Assembly (NCBI GenBank): GCA_964385615.1 | Contig: CAYLPP010000002.1 | Span: 192,944 to 256,943, forward strand | From: an uncultured bacterium | GTDB taxonomy: Bacteria > Omnitrophota > Omnitrophia > Omnitrophales > Aquincolibacteriaceae | Direction of reading: 5' to 3' | DNA length: 64,000 nucleotides | Shown here: in pieces, positions 31,330 through 42,800 of the stretch | Layout of the letters: the number at the start of each line of letters is the position of its first letter | Numbering within the stretch: position 1 is the stretch's first letter | Program-made: the position numbers and the translations under genes | Notes under the pieces: generated by a model | The model's input: only the letters and a program-made list of their open reading frames with translations | Database searches by the model: none | Told to the model about the DNA's origin: nothing

Positions 31330-32010
31330 TTGCTTTCGATCGTTCCCACGCCCATCGGCAATCTTCGCGATATCACCCTCCGGGCCATTGACGCGCTTAA
31401 ATCCTGCGATTTAATTCTTTGCGAAGATACCCGCCACGCCTCCAAACTTTTGCAGACGTATGAAATTTCAAAACCCCTGATGAGTTACCATGAACACACC
31501 GGGCAGGGGCGGACGGACGAAGTCATCCGCCGGCTGGGAGAAGGCGAAAATATCGCGCTGATCTCCGACGGTGGAATGCCTCTGGTTTCCGATCCAGGTT
31601 TCGAACTTTTAAACATGGCCATCCGCAAAGGTCTCGCGGTGGAAGTGCTTCCCGGAGCTTGCGCCGTTCCGATGGCCCTGGTGGCCAGCGGTTTAGCCAC
31701 AGATTCCTTCAGTTTTTACGGTTTTCTCTCCAATAAGTCCGCCTCGCGCAGGAAGTTTTTGGCCTCTATTGAAGCGCGTGAGGAAACCGCAGTATTCTAT
31801 GAATCCCCGCACCGCGTGGCCCAGCTTCTGGAAGACGCATTCGAAACTCTGGGTGACCGGGAGGCGGCGGTCGCGCGTGAGCTGACCAAGAAATTCGAAG
31901 AAGTTTCGCGCGGGAATCTTTCTCAGCTGGTTCAGAAATTCAAAGGCAAAAAAACGCTCGGCGAAATCGTCGTGCTCATTTCCGGAAAAGACCGGAAAAA
32001 ACTTTTTTGA
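31330..32010 (+). CDS. rsmI: 16S rRNA (cytidine1402-2'-O)-methyltransferase RsmI
   Basis: Probable TTG start at 31330 (LSIVPTPIGNLRDITLRAIDAL). Tetrapyrrole-methylase-fold motifs are present. The ORF track start at 31189 lies inside ispB. Confidence 0.7.
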   Translation: MLSIVPTPIGNLRDITLRAIDALKSCDLILCEDTRHASKLLQTYEISKPLMSYHEHTGQGRTDEVIRRLGEGENIALISDGGMPLVSDPGFELLNMAIRKGLAVEVLPGACAVPMALVASGLATDSFSFYGFLSNKSASRRKFLASIEAREETAVFYESPHRVAQLLEDAFETLGDREAAVARELTKKFEEVSRGNLSQLVQKFKGKKTLGEIVVLISGKDRKKLF

Positions 32011-33065
32011 TTAAAAAACTCTTTTATCTCTTTTTCTTTTTTTGCTCGATTTTCATTCTGGCCGAATCCGGCCTCAGGCTCCTGCTGTCTTTTAACACGC
32101 CTTCTCTGGCGGGTCTTCGCAATCCTTACAACTTTACTGAACGCAACGCGCAAGATGATTTCTGGAAGCTTTACGCTCTCTGGAACGGATCTTTGACCCG
32201 CACTCCGCAAAGGGTGCATCCGGTTCTGGGCTGGTCTCAGGATCTGATTACGAAAGAAAACCCGCTGGGCTTCGAGCAGAGAACCCTGGACCTGATTCCT
32301 AAAAACGGGAAACAGGATTTTTTGTTCTACGGAGACTCTTTCGTGAAAGGTCTCGCGAGTGAAGAGTATTTCATGGCCCGCTACATGAACCGCTTGATGC
32401 CCGAAGTGGACGTGGTGGATTTAAGCGTTGGCGGGTATGGCTCTGACCAGATGCTTCTTCTTTTTCAGAGAACCTGGATGTCTTTTGAGAAACCCGTTGT
32501 CATTGTGGGGATGCTTTTGGAAGACGTAGACCGCGCGGTTCTTCAGATTTTTTCCAACCCCAAACCGCGTTTCGAAATTTCTTCCGAAGGAACGCTTGAT
32601 TTGAAAGGGGTTCCGGTGCCGTCCGATCCGGCCGTTTTTTTTAAAACGCATCCGCCGGAAATTAAAAGTTATCTGGCCGGGTATTTTTTAATGAAATTCA
32701 GAAAAGTTCCACAGAAAAGGGATTTGAAGAAGCGGATCAATTCCAAGATTATGGAAGAGTTCAAACGGGTTTGCGGCCAAGAAGGAATGCCTCTGATCTA
32801 TGTTCTTTTCTACGGTCAGGAACAGCTTCGGACGCTGGACTGGCGTGAGACTTTCCTGAAAAACGAACTCGAGAAGAACGGAATTCCTTATTTTGACAGC
32901 AAACCGGCTTTGATCGCATACGCTCAAAGTCACGGTCTGGATTACAGCGAGTTTTACACGAAAAAGCCCGGAGACGGCCATATGGTCGACCTGGGAAATA
33001 AAGTGATCAGTGAAGCTTTGGTGGATTACCTGACGGCGAAGGGGTATTATCATTCTCAGAATTAG
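32007..33065 (+). CDS. Membrane-anchored SGNH-like protein, paralog of the gene at 27877
   Basis: The N-terminal TM and LAESGLRLL motif parallel LAEAGARLV in the paralog. GDS block is FLFYGDSFVKG. Confidence 0.55.
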   Translation: MIKKLFYLFFFFCSIFILAESGLRLLLSFNTPSLAGLRNPYNFTERNAQDDFWKLYALWNGSLTRTPQRVHPVLGWSQDLITKENPLGFEQRTLDLIPKNGKQDFLFYGDSFVKGLASEEYFMARYMNRLMPEVDVVDLSVGGYGSDQMLLLFQRTWMSFEKPVVIVGMLLEDVDRAVLQIFSNPKPRFEISSEGTLDLKGVPVPSDPAVFFKTHPPEIKSYLAGYFLMKFRKVPQKRDLKKRINSKIMEEFKRVCGQEGMPLIYVLFYGQEQLRTLDWRETFLKNELEKNGIPYFDSKPALIAYAQSHGLDYSEFYTKKPGDGHMVDLGNKVISEALVDYLTAKGYYHSQN

Positions 33066-33086
33066 CGGGGAAACACGGAGGCGAAA

Positions 33087-33707
33087 ATGAGCCGGTTAGC
33101 TGTTTTCGTATCGGGAAGCGGTACGAATATGGAAAATCTGATTAAGGTTTCGCAGGCGGGAAAACTCGCGGGCGGGGAAGTTGTTTTAGTGATCAGTGAC
33201 AAGCCCGAAGTTCCGGCCATCGAAAAAGCTCAAAAAGCCGGCGTGACGGTTTCCGTGATTGACCGCAAAAGATACAAAACCCGCGAAGAGTTTGAAGAAG
33301 TCATTATTGATGAACTGACCACCGAAAGAATCGACTGGCTGGTGCTGGCCGGTTTCATGAAGCTTTTGAGCACTGAGTTCGTGCGCCGTTACGCGGGCAA
33401 AATTATCAATATTCACCCCTCCCTGCTTCCCGCTTTTCCGGGGGCTCACGGCATTAAAGACGCCTACGAAGCCAAAGCGCCGGAAACCGGCGTCACCGTT
33501 CACTTTGTGGACGAAGGGGTGGATACGGGCCCCATCATTCTACAGAAGAAGATTCAGGTTAAACCAGGGGAGTCCCTCGAGAGCCTGGAGGGCCGGATTC
33601 ATGCCCTGGAATACGAGATTTACCCTGAGGCCCTGCGCCTGGTCCTGACCGGGAAGGTCCGCCTGCCCAGCCACCACCGGGAAGACGAATTCTGGACAAA
33701 AGACTAA
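33087..33707 (+). CDS. purN: Phosphoribosylglycinamide formyltransferase
   Basis: AVFVSGSGTNMENL...; INIHPSLLPAF; HFVDEGVDTGPII. Confidence 0.85.
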   Translation: MSRLAVFVSGSGTNMENLIKVSQAGKLAGGEVVLVISDKPEVPAIEKAQKAGVTVSVIDRKRYKTREEFEEVIIDELTTERIDWLVLAGFMKLLSTEFVRRYAGKIINIHPSLLPAFPGAHGIKDAYEAKAPETGVTVHFVDEGVDTGPIILQKKIQVKPGESLESLEGRIHALEYEIYPEALRLVLTGKVRLPSHHREDEFWTKD

Positions 33708-33750
33708 GCTTTCCCTATAATTTCCAAACTTCGCCATGATACTTATTTAA

Positions 33751-35139
<1,389 letters not shown>

Positions 35140-35162
35140 GCCGCCCTCACCCCGAAGGGGCC

Positions 35163-35678
35163 ATGAAAAAACCGTTCTTCGCGCTCTGGATTTTAACGCT
35201 CGCGCTTTTCGTTTTTTCATGGGTGTATCTTCCCGGCATTTCCAAGTACCGCGATCTAAAGATCAAGCAGGAACAAATTGAAACTGAGATCAAAGTTCTG
35301 GATGAAAAACTGAAGGCTGTGCGCGAAGAGCGCGACCTTCTCAAGAACGACGTGCAGTATCTTGAAAAAGTGATTCGTGACGAGCTCGGGCTGGTGAAGC
35401 CGGGGGAAGTGGTTTACAAGTTCGTGCCTGAAGCCCCGCCTGAACCTCCCAAAAAAGAAGAGGCGCCCGCTCCGGTGCCGGAAGTTTCTAAAGCGCCCGC
35501 TTCCAAAACGCAGGTTTCTCAAATGCCCGCGATTTCGATTCAAGCCCTCAATGACGCGGCCGAAGGCCAGCTGGCGACGCCCGTTGTCACGCCTGAGTCA
35601 GACGACCCGATTGATGTGAACGCCCACGAATTGACGGATACCGACGAACCTGTTTATCCCCGGAAGGAAATCCGCTAG
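35163..35678 (+). CDS. Septum formation initiator family protein (FtsB/DivIC-like)
   Basis: TM helix, then a coiled coil, then a Pro-rich tail; sits downstream of eno. Confidence 0.6.
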   Translation: MKKPFFALWILTLALFVFSWVYLPGISKYRDLKIKQEQIETEIKVLDEKLKAVREERDLLKNDVQYLEKVIRDELGLVKPGEVVYKFVPEAPPEPPKKEEAPAPVPEVSKAPASKTQVSQMPAISIQALNDAAEGQLATPVVTPESDDPIDVNAHELTDTDEPVYPRKEIR

Positions 35679-35746
35679 TTTTTATTAATTGATAAAAGGG
35701 ATTAGTCGTTATGCGGTCATCTGGGGATAAACGGAAAATATTTAAA

Positions 35747-35787
35747 TTGACAGCCCTTTTTTTTGAAATATAATGTAAACGTTTACA
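35747..35787 (+). promoter_or_regulatory. Near-consensus sigma-70 promoter TTGACA-N16-TATAAT overlapped by the palindromic operator TGTAAACGTTTACA (LacI/cre-like)
   Basis: TTGACA at 35747-35752, TATAAT at 35769-35774, perfect 14-bp palindrome at 35774-35787, immediately upstream of the GTG start of the LacI-family gene. Confidence 0.6.
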
Positions 35788-35804
35788 TTTTTAAGGCGCG
35801 ATTA

Positions 35805-36821
35805 GTGAATATAAAACAAATTGCTGAAAAAACCGGGGTTTCGATTGCTACCATTTCAAGAGCTGTCAACTTTGAGACCCGCCACAAGCTTAAGCCTGAG
35901 ACCTTGCGAAGAATCGAAAAGGCTCTTCGTAAATACCATTACACGCCTCATGCGGCCGCAAGGGACCTGCGCAAAACCTCTTACAAAACCATCGGGGTCC
36001 TGTTTCCGCATCGCGCCGGCGCTTTGTTGTCGGACTACTATTCTCAAATTTTATCAGGGGTTGCTGACGAACTCCTGGAAACGGATCATGGGATGAAGAT
36101 GATTCTGATCAAGCCTTCGGAGTCGCAATGGAATCATTATGATTTCAGGCGCGGCGAGGGTGTTGACGGACTAATCATGACATACTGGCACTCTTTGTTT
36201 TCCCGGAAAGAAGTTTTTCGAAATTTGGGAATCCCTTGCGTGATTATCAATAACGCTGAAAAAAATGTCAGGGCCCGATTTGTCGCTGGCGATCATTTTG
36301 CTGGAGGGAGAATGGCGGCGGAATATCTTTACGGTGCGGGTCACCGCCGGATTGCCTTGTTTACGGGAAAACACTTTGCCCCTGACGCGGAAGCGCGCCT
36401 AAAGGGATTTCGGTCCTTTTTGAAAGAAAAAGGGTTCCCACTTTCTGCGGAAGCCGAATTTGATGTGAACTTCGAAGAGGAAAAAGCCTATGCGATGACA
36501 GACCGGGTTTTAGCGGCACGTCCGGTCTTTACCGCGGTTTTTTGCATGAACGACAAGCAGGCCTTTGGTGTTCTCCGGCGTTTGAAAGATTTAAACCTCG
36601 CATGCCCGGAACGTCTTTCTGTGATGGGGTATGATGACGACCGGCTAGCAGAGCATTCGGCTCCGCCTCTTACCACGATCCGCGTGCCCGTTTATCAGCT
36701 TGCCCGCAATGCCGCGGCCGACCTTCTCAACCAGTTAAAACATAAAATGCGGGAATTCTACACACCCGCGTATCTTCCCGTTTCTCTCATTGAAAGGAAA
36801 TCGGTAAAACGCTTAACTTAA
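35805..36821 (+). CDS. LacI-family transcriptional regulator
   Basis: GTG at 35805 gives VNIKQIAEKTGVSIATISRAVN (HTH) followed by a periplasmic-binding-protein-like sugar-binding domain. The ORF track start at 35763 would include the operator. Confidence 0.8.
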   Translation: MNIKQIAEKTGVSIATISRAVNFETRHKLKPETLRRIEKALRKYHYTPHAAARDLRKTSYKTIGVLFPHRAGALLSDYYSQILSGVADELLETDHGMKMILIKPSESQWNHYDFRRGEGVDGLIMTYWHSLFSRKEVFRNLGIPCVIINNAEKNVRARFVAGDHFAGGRMAAEYLYGAGHRRIALFTGKHFAPDAEARLKGFRSFLKEKGFPLSAEAEFDVNFEEEKAYAMTDRVLAARPVFTAVFCMNDKQAFGVLRRLKDLNLACPERLSVMGYDDDRLAEHSAPPLTTIRVPVYQLARNAAADLLNQLKHKMREFYTPAYLPVSLIERKSVKRLT

Positions 36822-36850
36822 ATAGAAGTACAACCTGAAGGAGTCCTTAT

Positions 36851-39800
36851 ATGAATTCCCCAAAGCGAGCAGGAGCCAGCAAGGTTTGTTCGTTGATCAT
36901 TGCGGTTTTTTTTCTGTTCCAGCAATCCGGCTGGCCTGCTTCCGAAATGGCCCGGCTAAATGAATATGAACAGGCGGTCAAACCGGCCGGAGCGATCGCT
37001 CCAGAAGCTGCCGCCGTCCCAGTCCAGGCGGACATTACGGCCCTGGATTTTCTGCAGCAAGAAAATCCTCTTGCGCCGTCTGTGGAACCGGAGCTCTTAA
37101 CCGAAGAGGAAATAGCCAAACCGCAAACTCAGTCTAATGAATACGACCGCTACAGCGTTGATGAAGCGCTCGACCTCTTGCGGCCGGAGTATGCGGCTGC
37201 CGTGATTGTCAAAAGTGTCAGCGCCGATGATCTTCGCCGCTTGCGGGAACTTTCATTTGAAACTGCCATCGTGGTTTTAAGCGGAGAAATCGTGCTTTTT
37301 AGCACTGGGAATGAATCCGAAATTGGTGCTTCCGCGCAAACTCAAGAACTTTTGAAAAAAGCAACTTTTGTTTCTCACATGCATCCGGCGGAAGCGAATG
37401 AAGACGGCCCCTCAGCTTTTGATCTCAGTCACGCGGCCGATGCGCCAGATGTGGAGTATGTTGTGACCGCTTTGGGAGCGTATGCGTACAACAAGCAGGG
37501 CTTGCAAAACGGAGGTCAGGCCTTCAGCCTCGAAGATATGGCGCGCAAGATTCAGACGGCTCAGGATTCAGCGCGGCAAAGCGAAGGAAACGGGCAGGTT
37601 GCGGCGCGCGCGGACTTGAACGGTTTTATTCGGGAAATGGATTTATACAATCAGTTGCAGCTTGACGATCGGGAAACCTTCCGCCGGGGCGATCCGGTGC
37701 CGGTCAGCACGATTCAGGGCTTGATGGATATGCAAAATGATCTAACAGGCGATTATTACCTAGTTAACGATATCGATCTGTCCGGAGTTAATTGGCAGCC
37801 CATTGGCGCGGGCAATAATCCGTTCCGCGGATCATTTAACGGCAACGGATTTACGATCCGTAATTTGACGATTGACCGCCCGAATCAGGACTACATTGGA
37901 CTTTTCGGATCGTTGGAATCCGCGGGTACGATTGAAAACGTGAAACTGGAAAATGTTTCCATCACCGGGCGCAACAATGTTGGCAGTCTTTCCGGTTATA
38001 TCTTTTTGACTTCTGTTAGTGGAAGCTCGACCGAAGGCGGAAGCGTGACCGGTACAGACCGTGTCGGCGGCCTGATCGGAGAAAGTTACAACGGCCTGGG
38101 CATCAATAATTCCCACACGAGTGTTGCGGTCCAGGGGCATGATCAGACCGGCGGTATCGTTGGAAAACTTTGGGACGGAGTTCTCAACAATATCAACCAG
38201 GGTTATTCCCTGGGGACGGTGAACGGGCATAATCAGGTCGGCGGGCTGGCCGGATATTCCAAGAGCGGAGACTTGGTGCGCAGCTATGCTTCTGGAAATA
38301 TTACCGGTCAGGACAGTGTCGGCGGGCTGGTGGGCTCTACGACAGAGAACGCGGGAATCAAAAACAGCTATTACTCGGGCGGAACGGTCAGCGGTACGAC
38401 GAATAATGTCGGCGGCATTGCCGGATATTACAATTCGTATGATGACGGGATCTACAATACGTATTTTGCGGGCATAGTGACGAGCACAGCATCAGCCGGC
38501 GGATTTTTAGGCACGTACAATGCCGGGGTAATTTCAAGCAATTACTGGGATGAGACGCTGAATCCCGGACTGCAGGATTCGGTGAACCGTGGTGACATGG
38601 CCAATATCACAGCTGAAACCACAGCGGCCATGAAAACTCAGAGCACTTATGAAGGCTGGGATTTCAAGGAAATCTGGGTTCTCGACGGGTATCCGAAACT
38701 GCGGCAGGCGATTGCCATCAGCACGCTCGAAGAACTGCAGGCGATGAGCGGAAATTTGACCGCGAGATATTATCTGGTCAATGACATCGATGCTTCCGGT
38801 GTTAATTGGCAACCGGTCGGCACAGGCAATGATCCGTACCGCGGCGTGTTTAACCCCAATGCGTTCCGCGGATCATTTAACGGCAACGGATTTACGATCC
38901 GTAATTTGACGATTGACCGCCCGAATCAGGACTACATTGGACTTTTCGGATCGTTGGAATCCGCGGGTACGATTGAAAACGTGAAACTGGAAAATGTTTC
39001 CATCACCGGGCGCAACAATGTTGGCAGTCTTTCCGGTTATATCTTTTTGACTTCTGTTAGTGGAAGCTCGACCGAAGGCGGAAGCGTGACCGGTACAGAC
39101 CGTGTCGGCGGCCTGATCGGAGAAAGTTACAACGGCCTGGGCATCAATAATTCCCACACGAGTGTTGCGGTCCAGGGGCATGATCAGACCGGCGGTATCG
39201 TTGGAAAACTTTGGGACGGAGTTCTCAACAATATCAACCAGGGTTATTCCCTGGGGACGGTGAACGGGCATAATCAGGTCGGCGGGCTGGCCGGATATTC
39301 CAAGAGCGGAGACTTGGTGCGCAGCTATGCTTCTGGAAATATTACCGGTCAGGACAGTGTCGGCGGGCTGGTGGGCTCTACGACAGAGAACGCGGGAATC
39401 AAAAACAGCTATTACTCGGGCGGAACGGTCAGCGGTACGACGAATAATGTCGGCGGCATTGCCGGATATTACAATTCGTATGATGACGGGATCTACAATA
39501 CGTATTTTGCGGGCATAGTGACGAGCACAGCATCAGCCGGCGGATTTTTAGGCACGTACAATGCCGGGGTAATTTCAAGCAATTACTGGGATGAGACGCT
39601 GAATCCCGGACTGCAGGATTCGGTGAACCGTGGTGACATGGCCAATATCACAGCTGAAACCACAGCGGCCATGAAAACTCAGAGCACTTATGAAGGCTGG
39701 GATTTTTCTTCAATTTGGGTGATGGACGGCTATCCGCGTTTTCGGCCGGAGTCAGTCGAAGGCGGAGACGGTTCGGTCAGCGTCCGCGCCGATAATGGAT

Positions 39801-42800
39801 TTGTGACCTCGCCGTATGCCTCGGTGACTTTTGAGGCACCGGAAGGAACCACGGAAATGCGCTACGGCTATGTCAATGGAAACGGTCCGGTCCAACTGGG
39901 AGGTTGGGGCAGTTATCAGCCTTCAGCCTCGGTTTCAATAAACACGGCCAATGTTGGCGGGCAGGACGGACTAAAAACTTTTTATGCGCAGTACCGCAAT
40001 GCCGCGGGTGTCGAAACCGCGATTGTGAGCTACTCGTTCACGGCCGACACGCTTCCGCCTTCGGGCACGGTCCAGATTGCAAAAGGAAGTTCCGACACCG
40101 GATCTCACGATGTGAACATTGCTTTGGCCGTAGATGACGCGGTTTCAGGTATTCAGGACATGAGAATTTCCGTGGACGGCGGCGCTTTGTGGACGGCTTG
40201 GGGAACGGTGCAGAGTCCGGTGCAAGTCCATCTGCCGCGCGGAGGAGGAGAAAAAGAGGTCCGGGTGGAAGTCCGCGATGCGGCTGGTAATAAAGCCGTG
40301 ATCAGCGACACCATCGTTATTGAAGAGGATCTTCTCTCAGACATTGTGGCTGATGCGGATTCCGCGCAAAGCAATCCTCTCGAGGGCGATATTTCTGGCC
40401 TTCGGACTGGGGACCGCTACACGATCAGCGGGATCGATGCGATTGAACACGAGACCGTTTTTACGTTCGACCAGGGGCTGGATATGCGCGGGGACTCTTT
40501 GGCCTTTCGCTTTAATGTGCTGGAAGGCAGCGGCGAAGCGAAGTTGGAGTTAAAGGAAAAACTCGCGAACGGGTCTTACGTGACCCGCGAAATTTTTTCG
40601 CCGGTTCCATTCCATAACGCGGGCAGCGGCGAGCGCGAGATTATTTTTCCTCTGGCTTACGCGCAAGAACTCTCCAAAATCAACGCGGTGGTGCTCACGG
40701 TGCAGGGCGAGGGCGGGCCTTTCCAACTGGAGATTTCCGATTTTGATTTGCGTGCTTCCGGTTATGAGCCGCCCGCGGTTTCGAACGGCGACGTTCTGAC
40801 CAACAGTATTGCGCTCTACACCTTCCTTAATGTCAACGGCCAGTCCAGCCACACCGGCGAATTTTTTCCGGAAAACTGGGGCCTGACGGAAACAGGAGCC
40901 TACCGGTTTTCCGGCGTTCAGCAGGGCGGAACCGAGACATCGTTTTTCCAATACCCGGCCCGCGTGCTTGATGCGGCGGGAAAAATCCTGCGTATCGTCT
41001 ACGAATCCTCGACCGGCGCTCCCGGCGCGAAGATTACGCTGCGCAATGCTCAGGGCTCGCAGGTTTACGAGCTGCCGCTGACAGCGGAGTTTGAAGCCAC
41101 CGCTTCCGGCGAACGCAAAATCCTGGAATTCCAGATCCCCGATGAGGCGGAGTGGCAGGAAATCGACCAGATTATTCTGGCCACTTACGGCCAGGGTGCG
41201 ATCGACCTTACGCTCGACGAGGTGCGGGTAACCGGCGCTTCGCAGCCTGTGCTGACCGATCCCTTGAGCCTCATCGCTCAGCAGGACCCGGGAAAAATCT
41301 TTCTTTCCCCGGAATTGTTCGCGGGCCTTGATCCGGACAAGACGATTGCCGATGTACTGCGCGACGCGCAAAACCGGATCGTGCGTATTGAAACACAGGA
41401 AGATGTTTTCGCTTACTTTTACGATGCGCAGGGCCGGCTGGTGCAAACGGTCCAGGCCGCCAAGGAAAACGGCGAGATCATTCCCGAAAATCAATACGAC
41501 TACGGGTATGAGCCGGTCAACGGAGGCCCGGAATCGCGCCTGCAGGATATCCGCGAATATCATTTCATCACGGAGCGGAACAATGCGGCAAGGGGAGTCA
41601 CACCCGCCGCTTCGTCCTCGCTGAAGCCGGACCCGAATGCCGCCCAGCCGCCTTTCCCGCCGGCCAATGCGACCGACGGCAGCGGCGGAGACTCGTCGCG
41701 GCCCTGGATTGCGGCTTTGAACGATCCGAATCCTTCCCTGACGCTGGACTTGGGGCAGTGGCGGATGCTTGACGAGGTCCGGGTCGACGCGCGGTTTTTC
41801 AGCCCCGTCGCGTCTGTTATTTACCCGACGCATTTTGTCCTGTCCGGTTCGCTCGACGGCTCGACCTGGTTCGACCTGGCGACGTATGATTCGCCGGAAT
41901 TCCAGGAAGGCACGAACAAGGTTTACAAATTCGAAATCGGTCCGGTTCAGGCGCGCTTTGTCCGCATCCGCGATATCCAGGCCGTGATTCCGTACTGGGT
42001 TCCGGATTTGCAAAACTATCCGGAATTCGCCGGCTTTCCCGTGCTGGACATTAAGGCCTATGTTTCGGAGCTCGAAGTTTTCGAAGCCTTGCGCACGCCC
42101 GTGCTGACCCATGTTTACCGGCCCGAGTACGGCTGCCTTTACGGCTGCGACACGGCGGCGGGCAATCCGGTTGCAAAAATCAGCAAGAACCGCGTGACGG
42201 AGACCGGCGAAATTTCCGCGCCCGAAGTCACTCTGGTTTCGAGCCGGTTCACGCAAGACGAAACCGTCTTCCTTGATTTCCTTGTAGACGGCGAAAACGT
42301 GCGCCGCCAAGTTCCCGGCCCGCTTCAGGAAGGAAACAACCTGTCTGTTTTTAGTTTCGAAAATGAAGACGGTTCGCAAACGCTGGTGCCGGTTAATGTA
42401 GTCCTGGACCGCGTGAAACCTTCCGCAACGCTTGCCGGCGTTTCAACGGGAAATCCCGCGCTCGGCCAGACGTACCGCGACAGCCGTTTCAATCTTACCG
42501 GTATTACGGACGCTGCTTCCGGCCTTGCCGAAATACGCTATCGTGTTGACGGCGGAGCGTGGACGCTTGTGCCCTTACCGGCCGGCGCTGATCTCGCGCT
42601 CGACATCCGGTTCCCCGAAGGCTGGGGCGATCGCGATGTTGAAATCGAAATCGAAGACCGCGCGGGGAATATCCGCACGCTTTCGCAAACCGTAACCATT
42701 GAAGTCAGCGCCTACCTTGCCGACGTAGACTTCAAATATTTTACGGACCCGTACAATGCGGCCCACGGGGCTTTTGAATCCACCCACAGCTATCCCAACG

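Noticed and set aside
40550-42379. 609-aa antisense ORF inside the giant GLUG gene, and similar antisense ORFs inside other genes
   Set aside because: It lies entirely within a strongly supported sense-strand gene. The Arg/Gly-rich translation is typical of antisense frames. The other antisense ORFs (10366..10971, 14384..15010, 21107..21781, 24917..25663, 26650..27588, 30342..31445, 46930..47430) were rejected for the same reasons.
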